Below are positions 14,101-22,300 of a DNA stretch of 64,000 bases, piece by piece. The DNA lies in sequence record KJ019146.1. One strand, 5' to 3'. The stretch's first letter is position 1; every line of letters begins with the position of its first letter. Below the pieces are notes generated by a model. It saw only the letters and a program-made list of their open reading frames with translations, was not told where the DNA came from and ran no database searches. The position numbers and the translations under genes are program-made.

Positions 14101-14785
14101 TATTTCTTCCACGGGTGATAGGGCAGAGGTTGGTACTACTATCCTCAATCCAATTGATGGTTCTATTATCTCTGTTATCCTATCTAAGAGTGGATCTGGT
14201 TACAATCAAAGTAACCCACCATTCGTTCTTATTTCAGAACCACAGGTAGATATTGAACCTTTGGAACTTATTCCAAATATCCAAGGTTTCAGTGGTATTG
14301 TTACTGGTATTCAGGCAACTACAGGTTCCTCTGGGGCAACCAAGGGTATCCGGGTATTCTACACAGTAGATTCCACAGTTGTTGCTTCTGAACTAAATGC
14401 AGGTTACTCAGTTGTTCTATCTAATACTGTTGTTGGTAATGGTGTTGAAACTATCGGAACTAACGCAGCAACCGTGGTTGGTTTGGGAACACAGTTCCTA
14501 GATGCTGTTTATGAGATTAGGTCTAATGGTAACCTAGGAATAAATGGTGTATGGGAAGCAAATGTATCCAATGGAACTAACATATCTGGTATTGATATTT
14601 CTGGAGATAACCTCGGAAGTTTCAGCTGGGGTAGGTTATCCAATGTTCCAAGAGATATTGATTTGGCACTCTCATACAATGTAGATGGAACTACATACTC
14701 ACCCAATATGGATAACTACCCAACTCTCAAGAGAAGTAGTGAAGGTCTCCGTAACGAAGGTGGTATCGCTAAGAGGGTTCTGTAG
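2108..14785 (+). CDS. gp7: Very large baseplate wedge initiator, gp7-like structural protein (4225 aa)
   Basis: Located between gp6 and gp8; N-terminal FLKQFY..QEYQGG and RSFYQSKGSEESFKILFRVLYG motifs; beta-rich repeats throughout. Confidence 0.75.
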   Translation: MIGTELGIDVRVKIQDVVSSQLPDYILSEAPLTDDFLKQFYISQEYQGGTVDFASNLDQYLSLTTLGSENLYTAFELTQDVSIDDTIIHVNTTSTFPNEWGLLKIDDEIVTYTGLTTNTFTGVVRGFSGISSYRDSDNPSELVFETTTAATHTTETNVENLSTLFLKNFYDKLKYTFAPGFENLEFNSEVSVGQWIRQARSFYQSKGSEESFKILFRVLYGEDPLVIDLEQFLIKPSQAEYSRRDYAVAIPVSGNPITLKGKTVYQSDAEDVFGAISEIETFTRDNKLYYRIYFFVSNDEIANERKLFTIPGRSRTQRGWNQGDTTITVDTTLGFRDNNEFITEDGTKFTYLERTVNQFLGVECSDTEKTLGTNEDIIDDITIFGINDDGETVSLRMTGVISDIEFPDEVPFTTPGEKISVDTLGENIISADVTRSEPTQRQIIANSFIYNTSVRMEVDELNGSDFQINTAYLDKAFISPGDSVDILQRGSQLVYVANRKVTSVDYLNSIITINDSFGIPLDQSLDIRRNQNYAKSSTTDIEYGQNSVLSNVLNLYDATEFDGNFYVATNSLPSYDMEVKVVESILTGITTSNFEGYNSFTDQYSTIIFDSATSFITGDLISYRVISVERTGIPLITEGEYFVEVLSNPRKIKLYVSPSFIGSDNFVGFVYNDAVGAHAFTLEEQKDRRINTKNVFKKIPFTATKQNITIPRTPDVTPSGSPVAVLTNGVEVLSYKSPDKVFLGPLEEVVPVASGEGYSVIGPPNILITPPNIQVTDPTGIPTDGGVARVSPVISGRLKKIYIDPQDFDIEEVFSITVVGGNSRGATAKPQISKRTRSIPFDTRLDIYGGGINPNEETILFLTEHKLAKGDAIIYENNDTQSIGVNVAGGSNIYNGQTLSNGAVYFAEPLNNVTIKIYETLEDLNLGINTVGFTSSQTGFGIQDFTTIPRNQLTGASITDDGGEFVYRKMEFQPENIYPEYDELRYDGHGFASGDLVEYGTFGSVVGGLSTEKQYYVDALDENIIKLSDAGIGGTSRFDYDRKDYVDFTNIGVGTQFIKYPDVTVNVVVSYASSITGIITATPIIRGGIIQTYVETGGYYGSDILNFAKTPEVTVQTGEGARIKPVIVNGKVTTVQILSKGINYPPTPDLRVIDKSRKGAGALLRPVVIDGAIQSVVVISTGENYDPLNTDITVIDTARRCILVPRITPLTVNTFARFGFEGLSNNDYSVVAYDRKIREDVYGDLGASHSPIIGWANDGNPIYGGFGFDDPENSSSGFRAMRTSYELFPGEIYGRPPLTLYPAGSFVEDYKFTDNGDLDIYNGRYGRTPEYPNGVYAYFAGISTDTQSLAREPQFPYFIGPEFRDGLGIQDNTVSQDFDINNKDIFRNTFPYAVGNPIIGSEFLDQSYLEDTQDSIIQSINNGTVDNLTIVGAGVSYSVGDIVNFDDTFDYISVVVDQVDGPEVTQIQTLIKSYGKAETKVIKVDNTTVRVYVDPFHEYLDGDKVVISGLSTNTDQLNGTHEINFMREQMTMFAPIPPTLFETVSDIFVNTISDKVSVGSSIAVGLGTLSEDMEVINIFPINKALRVKRPVGYGFTHPIGDAVNIAPNYFDIKKNVDSFPSEIDVEYYFNPHQTVAVGLETGVSVGLVYSIGTIDKNISVQTQRIYAPSHGFRTGEEITFEKNDTDTALVVTDGSTVYTLPGVGNTSNAYVVSLSKNYIGIRTVTDGPDLFFSTDGSDSPLYSIKTNRFAETALVDRIQAEVKTKTDHRLGNDDQIFTDVISSGKSGVGTNPNIKLEFDDSSQSLIVDPYFTQPSDIDTVNNLININNHGYTNGDIVLYQNYGSSIGGLTTHHKYYTIPFDRDKFYVAETFVDVRPGTKLPVNLTSVGIGSHKFSKVNPPLLITNNNDIEFDVSSPTLFGKTLEFFFDRTLTEIFDNNSIDNVFVVSGVSTEGYEDARKSIRYSDNNPDVFFYGITEGGYISTADTEVSRNNSIRYEASEYAIEGRVTVIDDSTFTYTLNTIPEKPLYTNPDTQLSYKTSSSTALGGVGRLNIIFSGNNFPALPEFEGIQTEYGQNATIRAESDDIGTLASFRIQNAGWDYSADNTLRPFGVIQPTIRFDNSDFVTEVTVLDGGNGYQNPPNAVLVDSVTREVVDNGSIILEVQSSTITDVIVEVAPSGLSKDLQELWTVNNSNGIPILLIGNIDNVAGVVTYTVQTPIEGYATPPFSVGDRVFVENILVDQDAPPSKLNSGDYGYQFLEVVAVTPTNPITIGIQYPEEAIGNLGYGVTFQQAFSGIVNEDIYPKFAVQQTTAVFLEGERLSIFDSFGNLDETDLVVEESNTSFFKVTGNYDLLVGDVLKGNNSGVILTVTEIDSSSCRYLVDSISRINTGWNDKTGFLNEETQNLPDNDYYQNLSYSIKSTINFEELINPVNRLVHPSGLKNFSDTKIESIGDIGVGSSESSESTVTIDFIGLTDIAETPLRVDRINVFDLGWDANVNNNRSNAIRLQSRTPNKRLTDYIEVRTNRVLMHDDISNEFIDSDNASSKSPYSEFNIITGEYTRGLVQARNPFTDQVQFTEIIVLTTNNSAFTLEKASISDNDLGYGIFEGRALPSTEYQMRFTPFNTDDFDIDLKLLSHKFIFSGESAEEIGYVNLAGNTLSTPDAASTQIYGASNSNNRAVVVHANITTIDGLLYYYEIYAFTDGTDVYYAPYGYSSDGLKGFNSELDGDFNATLQGGKLAIYFTNNTGGPVSITTKSIEFKQSFSGTSPYRFKKNNVPDTEERSIILDSVSTAGVSTQTTEVFRYDTTLFQSVRSIVHISGTDVGAIHQVMTINSDGSTYCEVYPFITEGDEVDSTSGIGTFGSSIDGTDMVLTFYPDAAIGSQALTLTSYNETFYRELDEVNYTFGRPLVYSESEENYYLERYIAPLGLRNNLLRFPLTYEGIPIYEKAFDPATTISINNGNLTLFNITEHFFSPAEELYYLPDTTLANNLKSPIEIQPVVDYRGITTSTMPDRVYAIKRDLNVFQLAPTASDALAGQAIVITGFGTGISHRLGMMKKLEKTIITIDGVIQSPITSALKTFNLDAPLGFDDEYAVLTGIGTIRVGDLFLIDEEYLKIDNVGLSTSQTGPISNTGTIPLIEISRGVVGSSATSHTSGSDLDLYRGSFNIVESDVVFTEAPAGRGEININESNLVQVNSSFQGRTFLQREYDQIALFDDISDLFNGSDYEFNITSAGSTIGEIENGSGVLTINDIYQTPTTDNNAGNNYFYSYGAQTGINTLTFTGITSTNGQRVESRFDINQNQIPRGGVIVSLGSTPGLGYAPLYGAKITPVVTGGVITDIVSTNRVGFTTDVLWADYDNETGDLVVSGIGSALTTQFNITDADYRNTSGVLIITSATSLISAGINPGDIVYLRGMDFSCTSGGAPATLTYPDQDPVYAVDRIVDEFRFSVNAGISTIPHTYVSGGTWQKYSPFQFGREQINPKQVYLNGLEFDCTNSPFITTNIFPDSFESASFVTRDDDAHFRLNVGIASFTHDYVGSGIFGQYIENNPGSGYIDRVSIAVTDPNHSGTPAEIVGIPTAGGELSFTIIGGGSGYNQPTTDTFAPDPAYFNLPVIGVSRRNIGFTTITGKNLFVTVEVSAATTTAIGRSEFFEVSGYQITNQGYGFEEGDVIEVVGIPTDKNLSQPIEPFQLTVLDTFTDNFSAWNFGETDYIDSIKTLQDGSRLNFPLSYKGEELSFESNPSNEDSAAIDLDAILLIYVNTVLQVPGVSYEFTGGNTFTFSQPPFPQDDVDIYFYRGKRNIDSTVITEIDESIRPGDQLQLVKNNKYNDNVFIDLTRTQDLRTVTEIASSDTVRTNIYFGNKDLDTLRERQVGWEKQKRDIFIYGEPAPKTRDSLEPVIVPTAAIIRDTSKSQTELFVSNSEIFVYEEDVPGSSIVLTNISGEIYRPVEYKYNPPVLFEPASIRANVDGNGKVTSLTILDAGQGYPTGTEITIGISSTGDRAEVGTTILNPIDGSIISVILSKSGSGYNQSNPPFVLISEPQVDIEPLELIPNIQGFSGIVTGIQATTGSSGATKGIRVFYTVDSTVVASELNAGYSVVLSNTVVGNGVETIGTNAATVVGLGTQFLDAVYEIRSNGNLGINGVWEANVSNGTNISGIDISGDNLGSFSWGRLSNVPRDIDLALSYNVDGTTYSPNMDNYPTLKRSSEGLRNEGGIAKRVL

Positions 14786-14790
14786 GGTGT

Positions 14791-14798
14791 TATAAATA
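14791..14798 (+). promoter_or_regulatory. T4-type late promoter TATAAATA
   Basis: Exact gp55-dependent late promoter consensus in the intergenic gap upstream of gp8. Confidence 0.85.
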
Positions 14799-14836
14799 GG
14801 GTTTAGGTACTGTATCCTAAATCCTGTATATACACA

Positions 14837-16381
14837 ATGGCTGCTTTAATCACAGATGATTTTAGGCTGTTTAACGCCGACAACTTCATCGAATCTGTAA
14901 CTGATCCGAATAACTCATATTATATCTTTGTAGGTCTTCCCAACCCGGTTGGTGGAGGCTATGGTAGATCCCTTAATTGGAATAATGATCCACCACAACC
15001 CATCGATAACTTCGCATACCTCCGTCATTGTTATGACACTATGATGTATGGACGAAGAATCACGCCTGGAAATGTCAAGAGGGTGATTCGTCGTATCAAC
15101 TGGGTCAAGGGGACCAGATACGATCAGTATCGAGATGACTATAGTGTGAATAACGTTTCACCTAATACTGGTTCCACCAGACTATACGATGCTAACTATT
15201 ACATTATTAATAGTGAGTTTAAAGTATACATTTGTTTAAGTAATGGTTCTAACGGCAATAACCCCAAGGGTGCTGGATCTGAGGATGAGCCTAACTTTGT
15301 AGACACTGAACCGTCCGCAGCAGGTTCCAGTGGTGATGGATACATATGGAAGTATTTGTTTACAGTATCTCCTTCCGACGTTATCAAGTTCGATAGTACC
15401 GACTACATCACTGTACCCAATGACTGGGGTACAACTGATAACTCACAGATTGTTGCCATTAGAGAAAGTGGAGACTCCCTCATCAATGATAGTCAACTAA
15501 AACAAGTTTATGTTGATATCCAAGGTGTTGGATATGCTGGAGGTATAGGTCAGGAGTTACCTATTATTGGTGATGGTGAAGGTGCTAGAGCCATTGTTGA
15601 TGTCAACTCTGGACGTGTTACTAACGCTATTATTGCCAAGGGTGGTAAGAACTATAGTTGGGGTTTGGTTGATCTTGGTACTATCAATCAAAGTGCTACA
15701 ACAGCAGCCAAACTAGATGTTATCATCCCACCCTCAAGAGGACATGGTTATGATATCTACCAAGAACTAGGTACCGACAGGGTTCTAGTATATGCTAGAT
15801 TTGATGACTCTACTCAAGACTTCCCTATTGATACTAAGTTTGCTCAGATTGGTTTAGTTAGAAACCCAACAGTTAATGGATCTAACCAGATCTTCACTGA
15901 GAACACATTCACTTCCTGTGAATCACTCAAGATGTTATCTTTCAGTGGTGGTGTAGAAGTTGGTGATATTATCAATCAAGATACTACAGAAGGTACCGCT
16001 AGAGGATATGTTGTTTCCTTTGATGAGGAAACAAAGGTTATGAAGTATATCCAGGATAGGTCACTATACTATAACCCCAATACATATGATAATACTGACT
16101 ATGTTGGTATTACTACTAGTGGAAAGAAGATATCCTTTGAGTCTAATCTAAACCCAGTTATTACTAACGACGGTTTCCTATCTACTGTTGATACAACCTT
16201 TAATGGATCTACCGAAACAGTGGGTGCCAAATCAGTAGAACTCGGTGTAGAATTCACAAACGGGGTTGCAGTATCGGAGATAAATACTCAGAGTGGTGAG
16301 ATACTTTACTTGGATAACAGACCAGTAGTACCCAGGAATCCACGACAAAAAGAAGACGTTAAGATCATCTTGGAATTCTAA
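14837..16381 (+). CDS. gp8: Baseplate wedge subunit gp8
   Basis: YYIINSEFKVYICLSN, DGYIWKYLFTV and C-terminal GEILYLDNRP...QKEDVKIILEF motifs typical of gp8. Confidence 0.9.
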   Translation: MAALITDDFRLFNADNFIESVTDPNNSYYIFVGLPNPVGGGYGRSLNWNNDPPQPIDNFAYLRHCYDTMMYGRRITPGNVKRVIRRINWVKGTRYDQYRDDYSVNNVSPNTGSTRLYDANYYIINSEFKVYICLSNGSNGNNPKGAGSEDEPNFVDTEPSAAGSSGDGYIWKYLFTVSPSDVIKFDSTDYITVPNDWGTTDNSQIVAIRESGDSLINDSQLKQVYVDIQGVGYAGGIGQELPIIGDGEGARAIVDVNSGRVTNAIIAKGGKNYSWGLVDLGTINQSATTAAKLDVIIPPSRGHGYDIYQELGTDRVLVYARFDDSTQDFPIDTKFAQIGLVRNPTVNGSNQIFTENTFTSCESLKMLSFSGGVEVGDIINQDTTEGTARGYVVSFDEETKVMKYIQDRSLYYNPNTYDNTDYVGITTSGKKISFESNLNPVITNDGFLSTVDTTFNGSTETVGAKSVELGVEFTNGVAVSEINTQSGEILYLDNRPVVPRNPRQKEDVKIILEF

Positions 16382-16384
16382 TCA

Positions 16385-19300
16385 ATGTCTCAGATTAACC
16401 TAGATACCAGCCCATACTTTGACGACTTCGATCCGTCAAAGGACTACTATAAAGTACTCTTCAAGCCAGGATTCCCGGTTCAAGCAAGAGAACTTACCAC
16501 TTTGCAATCAATTTTACAGAACCAGGTAAGTAACTTTGGAAAGCACCTCTTCAAAGAGGGATCCATGGTTATCCCTGGTAGTATAACTTATAATGCAAAG
16601 TATGAGTCTATTGTCATAAACAAACAACAGGGGGGTATCGACGTTTCTCTATATGCTTCTCGACTAGTTGGTAAAACTATTCAGGGTAAAACTAGCGGAG
16701 TTACCGCTAAGGTTATTAACTTCCTACTACCACCAAATAACGGAGTAACAAGCCCAACAATCTTTGTTTCATATATCAATAGTGGTTCGGATGCGGCAAC
16801 AACTGTTTTCGACAATAACGAGGAGTTAATTTCCACTTCCGACATTGTATATGGTAATACTACAATTACTGCCGGGACTACATTTGCTAGTACTATTTCA
16901 ACTCTATCCACAGCGGTAGGTTCTGCTGCCCAGATCAGAGATGGTATCTACTTCATTCGGGGTTTCTTTGCTCAGGTTCGTGAAAGTGTAGTAATCTTAG
17001 AACCTTTTAGTAATACTCCTTCATATAGAGTTGGTCTACAGATCACTGAACAGGTTATTACTGCTGGTCAGGACAACTCACTATATGATAACGCCAAGGG
17101 GTTCAATAACTTCTCAGCACCAGGTGCGGATAGACTAAAAATATCCACCAAACTTATTAAGAAACCACTAGACGATTATAATGATACTAACTTTGTAGAG
17201 TTATTACGTGTTGATAACGGTGAAGTTAAGAAAATTGCGGAGAATAGTGACTATAATATCATTAAGGACTACCTAGCACAAAGAACCTATGAGGAGTCTG
17301 GTGACTATACCCTGTTTGGTATGGGTATTAAAGTTGCAGAGTCATTAAGTGATAACTTAGGTAACGGTGGTGTATATCAGTTTGATCAGAAAACAGAGCA
17401 AGGGGGAACACCCACTGACGATCTAGCGGTAGTTAAAGTATCTGCTGGTAAGGCATATGTTCGAGGTTATGACATCAATAATCCTGGAACTGTTAACCTA
17501 GACATCAACAAACCCAGAACAACAGAGAACGTCGAAGCAAGTTCCGTTCCCTTTGAGATGGGAAGTAAGTTCTTCATCAATAACGTTACAGGAACTCCTG
17601 TTATTGGTCTAGACGTTAATGATAATATCGTCGAACTATACAATGGTCGTGTAGATGGTGCAGGGTCCTCCACAGGAGACCTTATTGGTGAGTCTCGTGT
17701 ATATTCCTATTCCCTAGAAGACGCACCCTATACAGGTCCTTCTACACCTTGGAACCTATATCTATATGATACTCAGATCTTTACCAAACTAACTCTAAAT
17801 GTAGATGCAACTGGTAATATCCTAACTTCATATAAGGTGAGGGGTCTCAGTAGTAACGCTACTGGTTATGTTCGTTCTGTTAGTACCACAGAAGTAGTTC
17901 TAACTCAGGTATCTGGTGAATTTATCAGAAACGAAGCTATTTCTGTTAATGGAAAGATATCCAGTTCACTTAGTGTATCTTTAGTTGATAGTTACAGGAA
18001 TAACGATGTTAGATCCATTAGCCAGGCAAGTTCCTCACTAGATCCAAACATTGAAGTTGACTTTAGTGCAGATACTCTCCAATACTCTGCTATTCCAACT
18101 GGTTTCACAGCTTCAGATTCAGTTACAATCACTACTGGTGGTGTTGTTACTTGTCCTGGTAGAATATTTGATGCTTTCCGAGTTGGTGATGTTATTGGAT
18201 ATCAGAAAGCTGGATCAGAAGTAATTACATACAATCAAGTATTATCACTCAACGCCACTAACACCAGTATTACTGTTGATGCAGTTGCAAATGTTGCTGG
18301 TGTTTGTGATGGAACTTTACCTTCATCCGAAACTAGATCTGGTATTAGGTTATACAACTCTAGACTCCTTAACCAAGAGATTTCTCAGTTATATGCAACT
18401 TTAGAAGAGAGGAATATTTCCAGTGTTGATTTGGCATCATCGTCATTAACCTTCGCCAAACAGATCAACAACTTATCTACAGATGCTAGTGGTGTTCTAA
18501 CTGTAAATGTATCCGACCTAGATGTTTCTGGTGCAGTATTTGAAGCCTTTGATCAAGAGAGATATAGTATTCATTATTCCAATGGAACTACACAATCTCT
18601 TAGTTCTAGTCAGGTAACTATTACATCATCAACAGCAGAATTTACAAACTTACTCCCAAGTCAGACAACCAACGTAACACTCAATTGTACTGCTATCAAG
18701 ACTGGTATTAAGTCTAAGACTAAAGTTCTACTTAGGTCTCAACTATTAGAAGTTACCAAGGCAAGCAGTGGTATTTCTACTGTGGCTCAGGGTTTGGGAC
18801 AAAATGACTACTATGGTTTAAGGGTTGATGATGAAGAGATCTCACTAAATGTATCAGATGTAACTAATATTGTTGCTGTATATGAGTCATTGGATGATGG
18901 TACCCCAACGTTTGATGTTCTAGGTTTTGTCAATGGTTTAGAACTAGACACTAGAGTTGCAGTTGGAGAACAGATCAAGGGTGATGTATCTGGTGCTATT
19001 GCTCGGGTTATTACAGTTGCAACACCTGCTTCAGTCAATATTGTATACCTAACTGAATCAACTTTTGAAGTTGGTGAATTAGTTACGTTTATGGAATCCA
19101 AGATTGAAACTAATCTTCAATCTATTACAGAAGGTAACTACAGTAACATTACAAACAGATTTACACTTGATAAAGGACAACGTGAACAGTTCTATGACTA
19201 TTCTCGTCTAGTCAGGAATAAGAATGCTAAAGCACCTAACAAGAGAATACTAATCATCTATGATAGATTCGCTGTTCCAGTGAATGACAAAGGTGATTTC

Positions 19301-22300
19301 TACACTGCCAATAGTTACTCCGAAGAAGACTTCAGTAAAGGTGTTCCTATGTTGGCTGGTGGAACTCTCCGTGCCTCGGACACCCTAGATTTTAGACCCA
19401 GAGTCGCCGCCTTTACCTCACTCAACTCCTCACCATTTAACTACACTTCTCGTGACTTTGGTGACAATGGTAATACTGTTATCCTAGTTACCAAACCAAG
19501 TGAAAGTATGGTTCTAGGTTATAGTTACTTTGTTGGAAGAAGGGATCGTATTGTACTAGGATCTAATGGAAAATTCAGTGTAATTGAAGGTACACCCTCT
19601 GAGTTCCCAACATTACCCACAATTGGTGATGGTGTAATGGAACTCGCCCAAATAACTTATCCACCATACCTATACTACATCGAAGACGTTCAAATTATCG
19701 AGGTTGATAATAGACGATATACGATGAGAGATATTGGTAAGTTGGAAGATCGTATTGAGAACTTAGAAGAAGTTACGTCACTTTCACTACTAGAAAGGGA
19801 AACAGAATCACTACAAGTTTTGGATGAAGATGGTAACGACAGATTTAAATCTGGTTTCTTTGCCGATGATTTCACGAATGCAGAGTTTATTGATAATGAA
19901 TATGAAGATACTAACATTGATGTTGAACCCGCTACTTCTTCCCTAGTTACTAGACAAATTTTCTCTACTATCCCATTGAGGGCACAACTAGCAGAAAGTA
20001 TTGACGAGAACACTGTTGATTTGAGTGATAACTTACCTTTAGTAGATACTAACCTACAAAAGACTGGTGATATAGTTACCCTATCATATGTTGAAGTTCC
20101 TTGGATTACACAACCACTATCTTCGAGAACAGAAAATGTTAACCCATTCAATGTTATTCTATTCAATGGTAGTATTACATTAAACCCAGCTTCTGATGAT
20201 TTTGTTATTACTAGACAGATTCCAGGCAATACTCAAACTATTGATGTATTTGGTGATGGAAACAGTTCTAATTTCGATCAGACGTTTGTTGAGAGTGTAG
20301 AAACTGCTCAGTGGATGAGATCACGTAACATTGCTTTCCACGGTCGTGGAATCAAACCCTTCACTCAGTTCTATGCGTTCTTTGACGGAACTTCTGGTAT
20401 TGATATTATCCCCAAACTTATTGAAATCACCATGACTAACGGTGCTTTCTCCGTTGGGGAGAGGGTTGTTGGTACTACTGGAGGTAGAAGAATCTTTGCA
20501 GCTAGAGTAGCTACACCTAATCATAAGGAAGGTACTTTCAATAGTCCAGATAGAACTTTTGAGACAAATCCATATAATAGGGACGCTCAGTTGGCGTCTT
20601 CATACTCAGCCTCGTCTACAGTTCTCAATATTGATACCAACTCACTAGCAGATATCACTGACTCACGTTTCTTTGGTTATATCACACCAGGAACTAGATT
20701 AGTTGGTGAGTCTAGTGGAGCTATTGCTGATGTTACAGAAGTAAAATTAATCGCTGATACATTTGCTGAACTATATGGTGCTATTTGGTTGAGGGATCCA
20801 TACGCATCCCCAACACCATCATTCAGACTTGCTACCGGTGTTCGTACACTAAAACTAACCTCTAGTACAACTAACGCACAATCTACACTTGGTGGAACAA
20901 CGATCTCCTTTGCAGAGTCTAACTTCCAATCTAGTGGTTTGGTTCAGAACAGGCAGACTGATACTACTGTGGTAACAGTTAGACCCCTACCACCACCACC
21001 CCCACCAATTATTATTGACCAAACAGTTACTATTGTCAATAACAATACGACAGTTATTGATAATACTGTTACTCAAACTATCGATAATACTCAAACTATT
21101 ATCCGAGAAGTGGAAGTTGACGATGACGACCCATTGGCACAGACCTTTATGGTTGATGAGACCGGTGCGTTCCTAACCAGTATTGATCTGTTTATGGCTA
21201 CTAAGTCTGAAACAGATAACTTAATTGTTCAGGTTAGAACTACTGAGTTGGCAACTCCAACCAACCTTCTTATTCAAGATTTTGCTGAGGTTGTTCTATC
21301 ACCTGATCAAGTTAATGTATCAGAAGATGGGACTGCGGTAACTAAAGTTACTTTCCCCTCTCCCATATATCTTGAGTCAGGTATAACATATGCCGTTGTA
21401 CTACTTGCCCCAACTACTGACGAATACACTTCGTTTATTGCTGTTATGGGTGAGGAGAATCTCTCTGGTGAGATTGATCCTAACTTAGATCTAAACGCAA
21501 CACTTCCAGAAGGATCTACTCAAAGTAACTCCAATCTCCCAGGAACTGCTATTATTTCCCAGCAGTATCTCGGTGGATCACTCTTTAAGTCTCAGAATGG
21601 TACTATCTGGACACCAACTCAGTTTGAGGATCTTAAGTTCACTCTCAACAAAGCACAGTTTAACCAGACTCCAGGAACTCTATTCCTCAACAATCCACCA
21701 CTAACTGAGACCGGAATTCTACCACCTGATCCAATTGAAACACTACCTAGAAAACTCAAGGTATCTGTAAGTTCTAATACTTACAACTTCAGTGAAGGTG
21801 ATATCATTTCTTCTGTTGGTTCAGGTGCTACCAATACCGCGTTGGTAACTGGTGACCTAGAGACCCTAGGTGGTCCACTAGCAACACTCGATGTAACTGA
21901 CCCTGGTGTTGGTTTCATTGATGGTTCCTACAGTAGTGTAACTGTATATCCAATTACCAGTTCTGGTTCAGGTGCTGAACTCAATGTTACCATTTCTGGT
22001 AATGTAATTACAGCAGCAACAGTAACTACTGGTGGTTCTGGTTATAGAGTTGGAGATACCATTGGTATTACAACCGCTGATGTTGGTGCCGCTGGTGGTG
22101 ACTCTGTATTGACTCTCGATACCATTGGTGATACAGATACACTATTCCTCACTAACGTACAAGGTGAGAAGATGGTTATAACAGAGAGTATTAAGGTATA
22201 CGATACTGTTACTGAATCCCTAAGGACAACTGGTGTAGATATTACAACAGAATCTGAAGTTCTCAATCCAATGTATAATGGTAGTATCTTTGTTGCTAAC

